From Chrysomallon squamiferum (taxonomy: Eukaryota > Animalia > Mollusca), in assembly GCA_012295275.1 (NCBI GenBank), contig CM022667.1, forward strand, positions 4,650,001 through 4,714,000: DNA of 64,000 nucleotides, given 5' to 3'. Under the pieces are notes generated by a model. That model was not told the DNA's origin. It saw only the letters and a list, made by a program, of their open reading frames with translations, and did no database searches. Below are positions 22,401-35,608 of this stretch, piece by piece. Within the stretch, counting starts at the first letter, position 1; the number at the start of each line of letters is the position of its first letter. A program made the position numbers and the translations under genes.

Positions 22401-25400
22401 AACACAAAATAAATAAATACACAACCTTGACATTTAATATTTTAAATTAATTGTTGCAATTGTTTAGATCGCAATTCTTTTTTTTTTTTTTAATATTGAA
22501 TATAGATTTCTTACATTGTAACAAAATTAAACTGGAAATATGAAATATTTTCTCTCAGTTTAGAATTATATATATAAAATAATAATTTTAGTTCCAAATA
22601 AATAAATAAATCATAATTTAAATAATTACCGAGCTTCACTAAACGTAAGATGTCGTAACAAAATGGAGGAGCCAAATGTGAGAGCATCCATGTCTTCAGT
22701 TCCCGCTGCAAAAACTTTTCCCGCTTTTGCTAAAGCTGCACATTGAGCTTCTGCTTCACAAGGGGCCTGGAAAAAAGTAAAAAAAAATAAATAAATAAAT
22801 AAATAAATAAATAAAATAAAAAGTACAAAAAGTACATATATGATTTAAAAACATTTAGAAATTAATAAATGATTTTAAATATTATTTATCAAGCTGTTAT
22901 AGATTTTTTTTAAATAAAAAGAAAGCCACCAATATATGTTATCATTCTAATTAAATGAATTGTATTTCTGCTTTACAAGATGCCTGCAGACGTAATTTTT
23001 AAATTTTAAAATATCACTCATTAAGTTTTATTTAAAAGTCTGTAGAACTCTATTTTTGGACAATTAAATTTAATGTTTTAAAAATAAAACGAGAAGAAAA
23101 CAGAGAGGGAAGAACAAAATGTTAAAATAATTATTAAAACAATATATAGTAAGAAGGTAAAATGTTACCCTATAATAATATGAATTAGTTATTTCTCTTT
23201 GTAATCATTAATATATCATTATTATATGATATAATCTAAATTTTTTCAATTCCTTTGTGGCTAACAAAAACTTTATTCATTACATAAAAATGCCATGAAA
23301 TTACTCAAAATGGCTACAGTTTACCTCTACAAATGGAATGCCCATTAATGACAGAAGTGTTTTACAATCATCATTGTGTTGCTTAGTAACCTTCACCAGA
23401 CGACGATTAAACTTCTCAACATTCTCTGTGTCACCTAAAATAAAAACATTTTTAAAAATTTAAAAATAAACGAATGAATTTTGCTTGATGTTATCTCACA
23501 TTTTAATATTTAAAAGTTATTTGGAGACAAAAATTATAAAAAAGGAAATAATTCTAATATCAGTGTACTTCTGATTAACTGGAACCAGACAACAGTGAGC
23601 AGTTGGGAAGATTTGATTTTGAGACCTGTTGCTGTCATGCTATCATACTGAGTAAACTGCAACTCTCCAGTCAGGAAGTCAGAAAGTATTTTACCTGCAT
23701 CTTCTGCCTTTTCCAATTCTTTTTGTGCTTCTGCACGTTTTCTGTACGTTTTGCTAACTAAAAAGAAAAGAGAAAGAAATTGCTTATTTATTGGGTTTGA
23801 TAAAAATAAAGTTGTTTTTTTTATGTTATTTTTTTAGTGTTTAAAAATTGATATTGAAATAAAAAGCTACCAATCTTGTCAAATGTCTAAAAAAATTAAT
23901 TAGTTAATTAATGATTATCATCTGTATGAAAAGTAAATAAACAATCACAGTATAACATTAAAAGAGATTTAAATGTTTTCCATTTTAATTTTATAATTAG
24001 ATTTAATAAATAATAAAATAACTTTTGACACATGATCTAAAATTATTGCTCATTACCTCCCCTGATTTCATTTCTGGTGGTTTTCCATCAAAAACATAAA
24101 CTGGTTTGATTCCATTTTCCACCATCCGAATTGTCCGATAAAACATACCCATCAGATGACTGCAAATATTAAATAATCAGAACTTTTAAAATAAAATATA
24201 TCACTAAAAATGTTTTATAAAAGAATCAAACTTATTGTAACTCAAGTAGTTTGTTTAAAAAATATAATGAACAGTGCAAGTAGACTGTTTAATATACTGT
24301 ATATGTCACAGCAAAATCTTCTTCCTTAACCGTTTGCAGTCTGTGAGAAGATGCATATAAAAATGCCTTATTGATAACTAAACAAGATTATAGCAAAACA
24401 AAAATATTCATTATTGCCATGATAAAATAATCATATTAAAATTTTCAAGATCATTATTCCATTTTCAAAACAATAAAATCCATGATTTGTTGTTTGTTGT
24501 TTTTTTTGAAAGTGGAGGCACCTTATTATTGTATTAAAAATATCTGTAAAGTTACATTAGGAACAAAATATAAATAAATATGTAATATAAATGTGTCAGG
24601 TGTTTCAATTCTTTTAATAAGACTATAAATGATTAAATTTAAAACTTTAAAGATTCATTTCAAAATAAAAGCCATACCTGGTTGTCTCCCCTTCCTCGTT
24701 CATCAGCTGCGACCCATCTTGTCTAACAGCAATCAGAAACTGATAAATACTCATTGATGCGTCAATCGCAACTTTTCTACCTGAGAAAATAAAACAACAG
24801 TTATATAGTTATTTATATCATTTCGAACCAAAAAATATAATTACAGCTGAAAGGCGATTTTATATACATACGTTACTTACGTACATAACATACATATGAT
24901 ATGATATGATATATAATTAAAAAATTAATTATATTTTATATTAAAAGTCACTCACGATAATTATAATATAATATTACAATATTTATAATTTTACCTTAAT
25001 AAAATTAAAAAAAAAAAAAAAAAAATGTAAAATAAAAATTAAAAAATTGAACATTTACTTATTTTATATTTACTACTATTTTATTTATAATTTTATATTT
25101 TTTAATCAGAGCGAAGTCGGCCACTGGATGGACATAATCATGGTACCGATACACATCATACATGATACTATTGATACATCATACAGAGATAATCATAATG
25201 TTAATGCCATATCTGATATCATCATAATTCATATGTTATTATGTAAATATTAAATTTAAAACAATGTAAATGTTACAATCGTAACATCTAACAACGCCAG
25301 TGACACTGACAGTGAACAATTTACCAAAATAATTTTTCATCTCATTCTCTTTCATACTTCCTGGAGCACAGTCACCAAGTAACTTAGAAAGTCCTTGAAT

Positions 25401-25406
25401 TCCCAT
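19449..25406 (-). CDS. FEN1: Flap endonuclease 1, ~377 aa, 13 exons: 25406-25325, 24780-24678, 24159-24057, 23757-23695, 23434-23325, 22766-22630, 22195-22129, 21709-21578, 21279-21247, 20818-20765, 20548-20484, 20168-20051, 19514-19449. As assembled it has a 1-nt deletion in exon 4 and no AG before exon 8
   Basis: Motifs seen: [85 protein letters not shown] and the PIP box [10 protein letters not shown]. Confidence 0.95.
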
Positions 25407-25685
25407 TGCTATTGAAGATGTGTTAATACTGGAATATAAAGTAAATACTACTTCTTTTCTGATGTTTTTATTTGCCGCATGCGCAAATTCCCGCCAAATA
25501 CAAAACATTTTTCATACATAATAAGGATTACGTTTCGTATTAAACATTACAAATGTATCAGATATATATTCAAAGTGTTTTCTTTTTATTTAATATATTT
25601 ATTTTGATAAACGTGAACACATATATTATGACTATTAAATTAATTCGAAATTTACATTTTTGCTAGCTTTATTTAAAGTACCATC
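25407..25685. promoter_or_regulatory. Putative bidirectional promoter FEN1/DDX27 with an NRF1-like site (CGCATGCGCA, 25476-25485) and an E2F site (TTCCCGCCAAA, 25488-25498)
   Basis: Divergent ATGs are 279 bp apart. The two consensus motifs are adjacent and form the only GC-rich patch in the spacer. Confidence 0.75.
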
Positions 25686-26244
25686 ATGGTGTCGTTAGGA
25701 GAACTGGATCTCATTCCGACTATTTCAGAAGAAGATAATGTCGACATTCTTGATGAAAGTTCCAGCACTGATGAGGAAGTAATATTAAAATTAGTTTCAA
25801 AATAAAATCTGAAGTTTGAATGTATATCTTTGTCTGCAATAATTCTGAATTATCAGCACCACGTGCCAGATTTTTAACAGTTTTAAGAGTTTAAGTTAAT
25901 CTTTAACTTGTTTAATTGACATTCTCATTTCACTTGATTAGGAATAAATTAATATTCTTAAAATGTTCCAGGTTTTGGCACATGTTTGAGACATCATATT
26001 ATATATTTTTATAATTACTTTTATGCACTGCATTAAGTTAAAAAAAGGTTATCATCCCGTTATTTGTTATGGTTAGGTCCTAACTTAGGGTCAGTTTCTC
26101 ACTTTCTGTATAATCAGTAATGTTACATGTATCATTCATGAATTGTATCATTTGTCTTCAAAATGTTATTTTATACTGGGTTAAGAAAAGGAAAGATATT
26201 ATTAATAATAATAATATGAAATTATGAAAGTTTTTGATTAAACA

Positions 26245-26293
<49 letters not shown>

Positions 26294-29200
26294 GCAGGAA
26301 ACATCAGTTCAACAGCAGAAGAAGAAAAGAAAACTTCACAAACAGGACTTCAATAAAAGTTTTATTTTTTCTGACCAGGTTTGTTTTAATGTTTTATATA
26401 TTTAAATGTATGTAAACTGTAATTATTCATATAATTATAGCTGATAATTATATTGTTAACCAGTGTTGTTAATTCTTATAATAAGTAAGGCAAAATAAAA
26501 TAAAAAAAGCTGTTTGTAATTTTTATTTTAAATAGTTTGAAGAAAACAATGTATTTGATTTGGACATCGCTCTCAAAATGGCCAGAAGAAAAAAGTCTGC
26601 AACTACTTTGGATGAGAAGATAGAATTAGCCAGGAGAAAGAGAAAAAAAGAGGTACACTGCTTTGTTGTGGGTTGAAGGAGGGGGGGTACATACTTACAG
26701 CATTAGTTGAGACATAGTTATAGCATTAGTTCTTATTTCTGGTAAATTTCTGGATCACATTCTAACTTGTGTCTGTTGATTGTTTCAGTAAATTTTATGT
26801 TACCATCATATGTGAAATTTAAAAAGACAGAATATATAAGTTAAAGTTATTATTTATGTATTTTACTATTTAACATTAGTGACCTGAAACTGTGTATAAT
26901 TAACCCTTTGATGAAAATATACTTTTCAGTTAGTATTTTTATATGATAATTTAATCACATCAATAATGAATATTGTTTCTGCTATAATCTTGTTTAGTGA
27001 TACAGCATTTTCATATGCATCTTCTCACAGACTGCAAAAGGTTAAGGAAGAAGATTTTGAATAATTATGATGCATTGCACAAAAATATTTCTGATACAAA
27101 CTGTATGTTTAGCTGAAAGATTTAAATTTTTTGTTGTGGTTCATAATTTTGCTATGTTATCCATTTATCAATTATTGCAAGGTCATCCAGAGACACTGAA
27201 ATCTTTGAAAGGTTGTTTTAATATTTATTGTTATTTCAGGGTCAGGAAGATTTGCCTCTAGACTCTTTAAACATGGATGATTCTGAATCATCTGGAGAGG
27301 ATATGGAGGAGGAAGATGTTAAAGGTTGGTATGTGTTGTCCTGTACACAGGCACTGATCACTTATTCATCTTATCAAACATCAGTAAGAAACTGATATAT
27401 GATCACTGATGCATCAATTTGAAATCTTCTGCCTGAGAATACAAAACATCATTGATAAAAAATTAAACATGATACTATACAGTTACAAAGTTATAAACAT
27501 TAAGTCAAGTTCCATAACTGTACCAGGTTTGTGTGATTGTGAGAATGTTCAAATCATTTCATTTTTTCTTTTTACATTTACTTTTGTTAGATTTTTTTTC
27601 ATTCCAGCTGGTTCTCCTAAAAGAAGCTGAAAAATAATTTAAAACTGAATATCATTTAACTTACTATCAGTGTCTTATTTCAGAAAATGAAATTTGATGT
27701 TACAATAATGTTTTTACATTTTTTTTTTTCAGACACAATTAAAATGAAAGAAAAGAGAAAGAGAAAGAGAAAAAATCAAATATATGAAGAAGAGGAGGAA
27801 GTAAGTGTTTTGTTAAGATTGTGTTTAGAAACAGGTGTTATAATTTTTAGAGTTGAAATCCCCAATGCTAATTCACATTGATGCTAAACAGTCCAGTAAA
27901 AAGTGTTAAACAAAATTAATTTAATTATCAAAAATATACTTTAAAAATCCAAATCTGTTTATTTTTTCAGTTGGATAAAATTATTTTAACTCTGAAATCT
28001 GGAAATTTTACTTTAGAAATCATTTACATATTACTGACTTGAATAAGTATTAATATGTTTCTTTTTTTTTTCAAAATAGGAAAAGGAGAAAATAGAATTT
28101 TCAGAAAACATTGACACGTATGATGAAAATTTGACTTTTCAAGACATGGCTGTGTCTAGACCTTTGTTAAAGGTCAGTCTAGAAATATTTATACAGTTCA
28201 CCTGTGATAATATTGGTGTTTGTGTACAGGTGTGAAAAGAAAGTTTAAATGTGTGTGTATTTGTACTATTCTGTGGATTACATTTAGCAGTGGACATGCA
28301 AGAAAAGAAGAGTATTTGTATATCTGCATATTTCTAGAGCATATTTCAAGTGTACACAGGCATAACTGTATTTCTTGTTCTTTGGTGAACTCCAATCATT
28401 ATAACTGGCATTGTGGAGTATTTGATATTTAAATTCCTTTTTATTTCAAGGCTCTTGGTACACTGAAGTTTGAACGACCAACTCCAATTCAAGCAGCAAC
28501 AATTCCTGTAGCTTTGAAAGCAAAAGATATTTGTGCTTGTGCTATCACTGGCTCAGGTAAAAAAATAAAATTTAATTATATTGTCAGTTTTAAGTTGTAC
28601 TCCTAGATGCATTTTGTAGTATAAAGGAGTTTTTCATTTTATTTAATATTAACAGCCTAGTTAAATTTCAAACTGTTACAATTCTGTTATTGTTTGCTAG
28701 CAATATTTCTTATTTATTTATTTATTTATTTTTAATTATTTTATTTAATTATTTATTTAATTATTATTATTTATATGTGTGTGTGTGTGTGTGAGTTTGT
28801 TATTTTTAAAATATTTTATTTATTTATTTATATATTTTCTTTTTATTTATTTATTTTTTTATATTAAATTTTTCAAGCCACCAAAGAACAGATTAAAATA
28901 TCTTCAAAAAAATCAGTCAGTAATGTAGTTTGTTCATTTCTTAATTAGGTATATTTCTGTTAAGTGTAAAATCTAGCCTTCATATTACTCTTTTTGTATT
29001 ATTAATTTTAGCTAAATAATAATCTGCAATTTTACACGCATACTAACTTTCTTTGTGAATGTTTAATCACATATAATTATTATTATAATTATTACTGTCA
29101 TATTACAGGTAAAACTATAGCGTTCATGTTGCCTATTCTCGAGAGACTTCTCTACAGACCAAAATACGCGTCAGTGACGAGAGTTCTTGTTTTAGTTCCC

Positions 29201-32200
29201 ACCCGAGAGTTAGCCGTCCAGGTCCACACTGTTGCTAGGCAACTGGCTCAATTCACAAATATTGAAATCTGCTTATCAGCCGGTGAGTTTGGAATGGATA
29301 TCTTTTTTCTTTTGTGTAATTAATTAAATAAAATTTTGATTAAAAACAGTAATTACAGGATGAGTCTGTACACAGAAGAGTTAGGAATATTCATAATTTT
29401 GTTTGTTTCAGGATAACAATTTTCAAAACTGTTTGAAAAACAAATAGTATTTTACTATAAGAAATATTTTTTAACTTGTTTTCCTGTCTCACTTCAGGTG
29501 GTCTTGATTTAAAAAGTCAGGCAGCTTCATTGAAAATGGGTCCAGATGTTGTCATAGCAACACCTGGCAGATTGATCGACCATCTTCACAACTCTCCCAA
29601 CTTCAGTCTCAACAGCATCGAAATTCTAGTCCTGGACGAGGCAGACAGGTGAGATACTCAACATTTATTTATTTATTTATTTATTTTCATTCATTCATTC
29701 ATTTCGTCATTCACTTACTTAGTTGCGTCCTTACATGTTTATTTATTTATTTATTTTTATTTAAAATTTTTGTTTAGTTATTGATTGAGAGAGATTTTAT
29801 TTATTTTTATTATTTCATCATTATTAATTTTTTAGAAGTTTGTTGGGAATAATCATGTATAGATCTGTGTTAATAACAGCTGTATCATTTACTAGTGTGT
29901 CTTGTATAGTGTTTAAGTAATACTGTATGAAATAATAGCTCATATTTAGTTGCAATGTTTACCTTGTTATTCATATTTGCATATTTATGTAAGTTAATAG
30001 TTACTGACTTAAAAAGTACATGTTTGTTATATAGCATGTATAATTACATATGTACAGAAACAGTCTTGTAAAGATATCAGTTATTTCAGATTTTGTTTAA
30101 TATTTAACTGTTATATAAATGTTTTCAGGATGTTGGATGAGTATTTTGCTGAGCAGATGAAGGAGATTATCAGACTGTGTTGTAGACAGAGGCAGACGAT
30201 GTTGTTTTCTGCAACAATGACTGAAGAGGTAAACACCTGAACCCAAAATACACGTTAAATGATATATTTTACCTAGTTACAAATCATTCTTGTTTTCTTT
30301 ATTTTACATCTAATACTGAGAATAGTTTGTTGTACATTTTCCTGACATTTAAAAAATAATTTTACTGTTTTTAAATTTCATTTGTTATGTTCAGACTGGG
30401 AATGCAGAAACACACATTGCATTCACATGTACAAATAAAACAGTATATATACTCACAACAAAATGTTCAGGAACTCAAATATACAAACAAACAAAAACAC
30501 ATAAACATCCAAACTTTTTTTGTTTATATCCACCTATATACTGTCTGTAAGACTAAAAAGTATATGAAACAATAAATACCTGCACATAATGTGTATACAA
30601 TCATCCACATCAGCTGTTTTTCATGTATGTAATCTCAAACATTTACTACCAGCCATGTTACACTACTAAACTTTCTAATGTTAGGTTGAGGAGCTGGCTG
30701 CTGTGTCTCTGAAGGACCCAGTCAAAGTGTTTGTCAATGAAAACACTGACATGGCTCTCAGCCTCAGACAGGAGTTCATCAGGATTCGACCTCACCGAGA
30801 GGGGGACCGGGAGGCCATTGTGGCAGGTACGTTAGTCTTCTTCTTCTTTTAGTATTTTTAATTATGTTTATTTCTTAATTTGTTTTTCATATTGCTTAAT
30901 CCACAAATCAGTTTCATCAGTTAAACAGTTTTTATTTCAACTTCAAAACATTATCAAGATTAGCTCACTCCTGTGTCCTTCAGTTAAAGTGAAATGGTGA
31001 AATATCACATTTCATTCTGTGCATGAATTTGTTTTATTTATACATCTATTCATTTCAGTTTTAGTAGAAACTTAAAAGATTAATTAATTATCTTTTTACA
31101 TTAAATTCTGATGTGAATTTGGTTTTATTTATTATTTTTTTTTTTGTACATACATTATTGATGATTTCTAAAAGAGGCTTAAGGATTAATTATTTGAGTG
31201 ATTTTCACTGTTTCAGCTCTGGTGAGCAGGACGTTCTGTGACAAGTGTATGGTTTTCATTCAGACAAAGATTCAGGCTCACAGGATGCACATCATTCTCG
31301 GGTTACTCGGAGTTAAAGTGGGAGAACTCCATGGTAACCTGTCTCAGGCCCAGGTTAGATACCATATCAGATTTAAAAACCTCAAAACCCTCTACCAATC
31401 GCACACACACATGTATGCACACATATGCACGCACGCACAAACACATTCACACACACAGAAAGTTATTAATATTTTTTTTACAAATCATTTCACTATTTTA
31501 AAAACATTTAAAAAATAATTAATGATTTCCTAGTTAAATATTTAAGAATATTTATTTGCACCAGAAACTAAACTGCTGTTTAATTTGTAAATAAAAAAAT
31601 CTTTAACTTTCTGTTGCTATAGCGACTGGAGACACTGAAGTATTTCAAGGAAGGTCTGATAGATGTCCTGCTTGCCACTGATCTTGCTGCGCGAGGTCTC
31701 GACATTGATGGAGTGAAAACTGTAAATATTATTTTTAATATTTAATAAAACAACTATTCATGATTAATTATATAGAATAAACTTCACATTTTTAACCTCA
31801 TCTGAGTGAAAAACATAATTATAAATGTTTGGTAGCTTTATTATTAGAAGTATTTATTTATTTATTTATTTATTTATTTATTTTTTTTTTTATGAAAGTT
31901 ATTACTTTTGGTGTGTGTGAGATTTTAAAATGCAGAGAGATAGATAGATAGAGATAAACATGTCTGTTTTTCATATTTGTGTCAGTTTTTGTCAAAAAAA
32001 CATTTTAGTTAAATTAAGTTTATTTGTTGATTTATTTTCAGGTGATAAATTTCACTATGCCAAACACAGTTAACCATTACGTTCACAGAGTTGGAAGAAC
32101 AGCTCGGGCTGGGAAAAAAGGAAGGTAAAAAAAAATAAAAATAAAATAAATGCATTTAGATCATGAAAAATTCTTAAAAGGGAGATAATTCTTGTTGCTT

Positions 32201-34793
32201 ATCTGTAAAGAATATTTCTTTTATTATTTGAAATCTTGTGTCAAAAACTGTTCAGTTATTTTATTTTAAGGGTTTTCTAGTTGTTTTCAAGGAGAGGATA
32301 TATTTAGTAGTTTTCTATGTGTTAATAAGAATTATTAATTTCTGTTTTAACACTTTTGTTGATTTCAATCTCTTTCAGATCTGTTACTCTTGTAGGAGAA
32401 AAAGAAAGGAAGTTATTAAAAGAAATTGTGAAACAAGCAAAGACTCCATTAAAAAGTAGAATAGTTCCTCAAGGTAATTTGTTGTGTTTAATTTGGAATA
32501 TAAATATCTAGAATTTATTAGTGAATATATATGTGAACTAACATTGGAACTGATGGCTTTTTATAACCTAGAAACAAATAATTTCTTGATGTCTAACAGT
32601 ATAATTTTATTGGTTATGTATGATTTGAAAACACTGACATGAATATGAACATTAGTTTTAATTAGAAGATAAATTACTTATTAATTTATCAATTTATTCA
32701 AATTTTAAACATGATTTTTATCACAGTTAGCTCTTTCATGTGTCCTTCAGTTTTATTTAACACACTTCATATTGGTTCTGGAGTTTTTAAATAAAACTTG
32801 TTTGATTGCAGAGGTGATCACAAAGTACAGAGACAGAATCACTTCAATGGCTGACGAGGTGAAACTGATTGAGACTGCGGAGAAGGAGGAGAAGGAGATG
32901 CAGGCAGCAGAAAACAAGATGAACAGAGCAACGAACCTGCTGGAGAATCCTGACGATGCAAACAGAAACAAGCGAGGCTGGTTCCAGACGCACAGAGAGA
33001 GACTCAAAGAAAAAGGTAATGTACTGTGTGTATGTGTTAGTACAGAATGTGTTGTTTATGTAAGTCTGTTTTCTACGTACCAATTTAGCATGACTTGTGT
33101 ATGTGTATGCATGCATTCATGTGTATCTGTCTTTACTTGCCATGTGTGTGTGTGTGTGTGTGTAAATGTATAATATACATGGTGTGATATAGGGTTTTGT
33201 ATGTATGTGAGGCTATAAACATAATGTTTATTTTGATGTGTGAAAGTACTAGTATGTTTGAAATTGTTTTAACAAAAACATATTTGATTTCTTATTCATT
33301 GTTTGATGAAAGAGAAGTTTTAAAAAATAAATTCGGAGAGCTGTTATAAACTGAAGCCAGCATGTGGAGGTGTTTACTTATGATGACTTTGTTGATTTCA
33401 GAAAAACTGAGACTTGGTGAGCTTACACTAGGCAAGAAGAAGAAAAAGGAAAAAAAGAAATTAACTGTAAGTAAAATATTTATTTTGAAATTATTCTATT
33501 GATGTTGTTATTCTATTGTTATCTTAACAGTGGATTAATTTTCATAAGTATACAATAAAATCATAAATTAATATGAAACACAAATATACCTGTTGTAATG
33601 AGACATTAATTGTAGTCTTCTGCTGGTGAAGCTCTGTCATTTCTGAGGTAAATAACAAAGTCCTCAAAGCTTATATAGTTATCACTAGATTTCGTCTTTT
33701 ATTTTAGAGAAATCTGTCCTTTGTTTAATTCTTCAGGAAAATAAATTTTTATTGTTTATTTGTTTATTTGATTGTTTTAGCCTGAGGACAGAGTGGGTTT
33801 TGAGATAACAAAATCACAAATGTATGCTGCTAGGGCTTCCAAGAAAGCTTTCAAACCTCAGAAACTTCGTGTCCATCCTGAAGATGTTCCAAAACAAGGT
33901 ACTGTTTTAGTACCAAACAGTTATTATATTGTATTTACATACTTCATAATTCCACTGGTTTTACACTAAAATTCAGTGACTAATATTGCTACTACTATTA
34001 TTACTGTTATTAGTACCTACTACTACTTTTATTATTGCTGATGCTACTTCTACCATTATCATAACTTGTATTGACTATTGTTGATATATTAAGAAATTAA
34101 TCATATTAAAAATTCAGTAATAATAATAATAATAATCACTGAGATTATTTTTGTATTTCAGCTAAGAAGAAGAAGACCAAACAAAGGAAATCTGCATTTG
34201 ACGAAGAGCTGACCAACACAGGGAAAAGAGCTCTCAAGAAGTTCAGATCAGGGTAGGTAATCAGGGTGGGCGGTTGGGGTGGGTAGGTGTGGCTCTATCA
34301 GGGAGAGAAAACATGTAATGTGTGGTATAAAATGACCGTCGGTGAGATCCAGTTTTGAGGCCGATGATTTGTATTATTGTTGTTGTTGTTATTATTGTTG
34401 CTGTAGTTGTTGTAGTAGTAATAGAAGTTAACTGATGATTTATCTTTTCCAGGCCTTCCTACCAGGAAAGAAAAGAATTAGGGCTGCTTGGTAACAAAAA
34501 CAAACAGCAGAACAAGAGACGACGGTAAGTTTGAAAATAGTTTTGTGGGATTTGTATGTGGATGCATATTTGTTCACAAGAAATATTGGTATAATGATTT
34601 TTATCAGTCTGTTCTCAAAAAATTCATTCCAGTCTTTGCTAAATATCATCAGGTGTTTTAGATGGTGGAATATTTTTTCTTTGAAACAACAGTGATTTAA
34701 AATAATTGTGTTTTAATACCCTTTCATGTTAAATATTCTTATAATAAATAAAAATAAATAAATAAATTTTGTTCTTATTTCAGAGGCAGGTGA
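25686..34793 (+). CDS. DDX27: DEAD-box RNA helicase DDX27 (Drs1 ortholog), ~727 aa, 21 exons: 25686-25778, 26298-26378, 26536-26652, 27240-27324, 27733-27800, 28080-28172, 28451-28556, 29109-29282, 29498-29648, 30129-30228, 30685-30826, 31217-31353, 31623-31721, 32042-32124, 32379-32473, 32812-33015, 33402-33466, 33781-33898, 34162-34252, 34453-34524, 34784-34793
   Basis: Helicase motifs: Q motif [48 protein letters not shown]27-specific segments: [62 protein letters not shown]. Phases are consistent. Confidence 0.95.
26248..26293 (+). repeat. (ATT)n microsatellite abutting the DDX27 exon 2 acceptor
   Basis: ...attattattgcag|GAAACA. Confidence 0.9.
34264..34283 (+). other. Canonical G-quadruplex-type motif in DDX27 intron 19
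   Basis: GGG-T-GGG-CGGTT-GGGG-T-GGG begins 11 nt into the intron. Confidence 0.5.
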
Positions 34794-35569
34794 GGGCAAT
34801 CAGGTGACAAGGCTGGGACACTACAAAATGTGAAATAAATAATTTTCAGCGACAGATTCTTGATTTTCTTGTTTTAAATAACACCCTCCAACTTCTGTAT
34901 TTAGAAGATTTAGAGACAAAAAAAAGCATCAAAGTAATAGTTTAGAGGAATTCAGTAGTAGTTATTTTTTATTTATATTTATTACAAGCTACATTTTGTC
35001 ATTTTCATTATTAGACATTTTCATGACTACTGGGAGCAAATGACACTGCATGAACTTTTTGTTTCATATTTCCATGTTATTATTTTATCTTTTTACTTTA
35101 TAGAAGAAAATAAGATAAACTGGTCCACACTGTTCTTGTGATTTTAACTTCAGGACTGCAGAAAAAATGGTTATTTATGCAGTAATTCAAAAGGACTAAA
35201 CTGTTTTCTTCCAGTGTATTCTGTATTTTTTTTTCTTTCTTCTTAAATTTAAATAACAACAAAAGTCACTGTGTAGGTTACAGATTTTATTAAACTCAAT
35301 AATACAGTTTATTGGTACAGAAAAATTTAAAACTGTACATCTACAAATAAAATTCCTTATGTTTACGCTCCATTTCACTGAGACGGAAGTAATCTAAAAT
35401 TATCCTAATAAAAGATTAAAACAAAAATTAAAAATAAAATGAAGATTTAAAGAGCCACATAAAGAATTTTATTTAATATTATTGGTTTTAATTAAATAAA
35501 AATACATGTACACAACGTCAATGTATAAAAGTTATTTGTTGCTTGTTTTCCTAACCAATTCGAGATTTG

Positions 35570-35608
<39 letters not shown>

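Noticed and set aside
27031-27040. 10-nt micro-exon candidate in DDX27 intron 3 (cag|ACTGCAAAAG|gttaag)
   Set aside because: The flanking exons join in phase without it and it would frameshift. There is no evidence beyond chance motifs.
33586-33650. Possible C/D snoRNA in DDX27 intron 17 (terminal TACC/GGTA stem, CTGA)
   Set aside because: No canonical C box and no rRNA complement that I could recognise.
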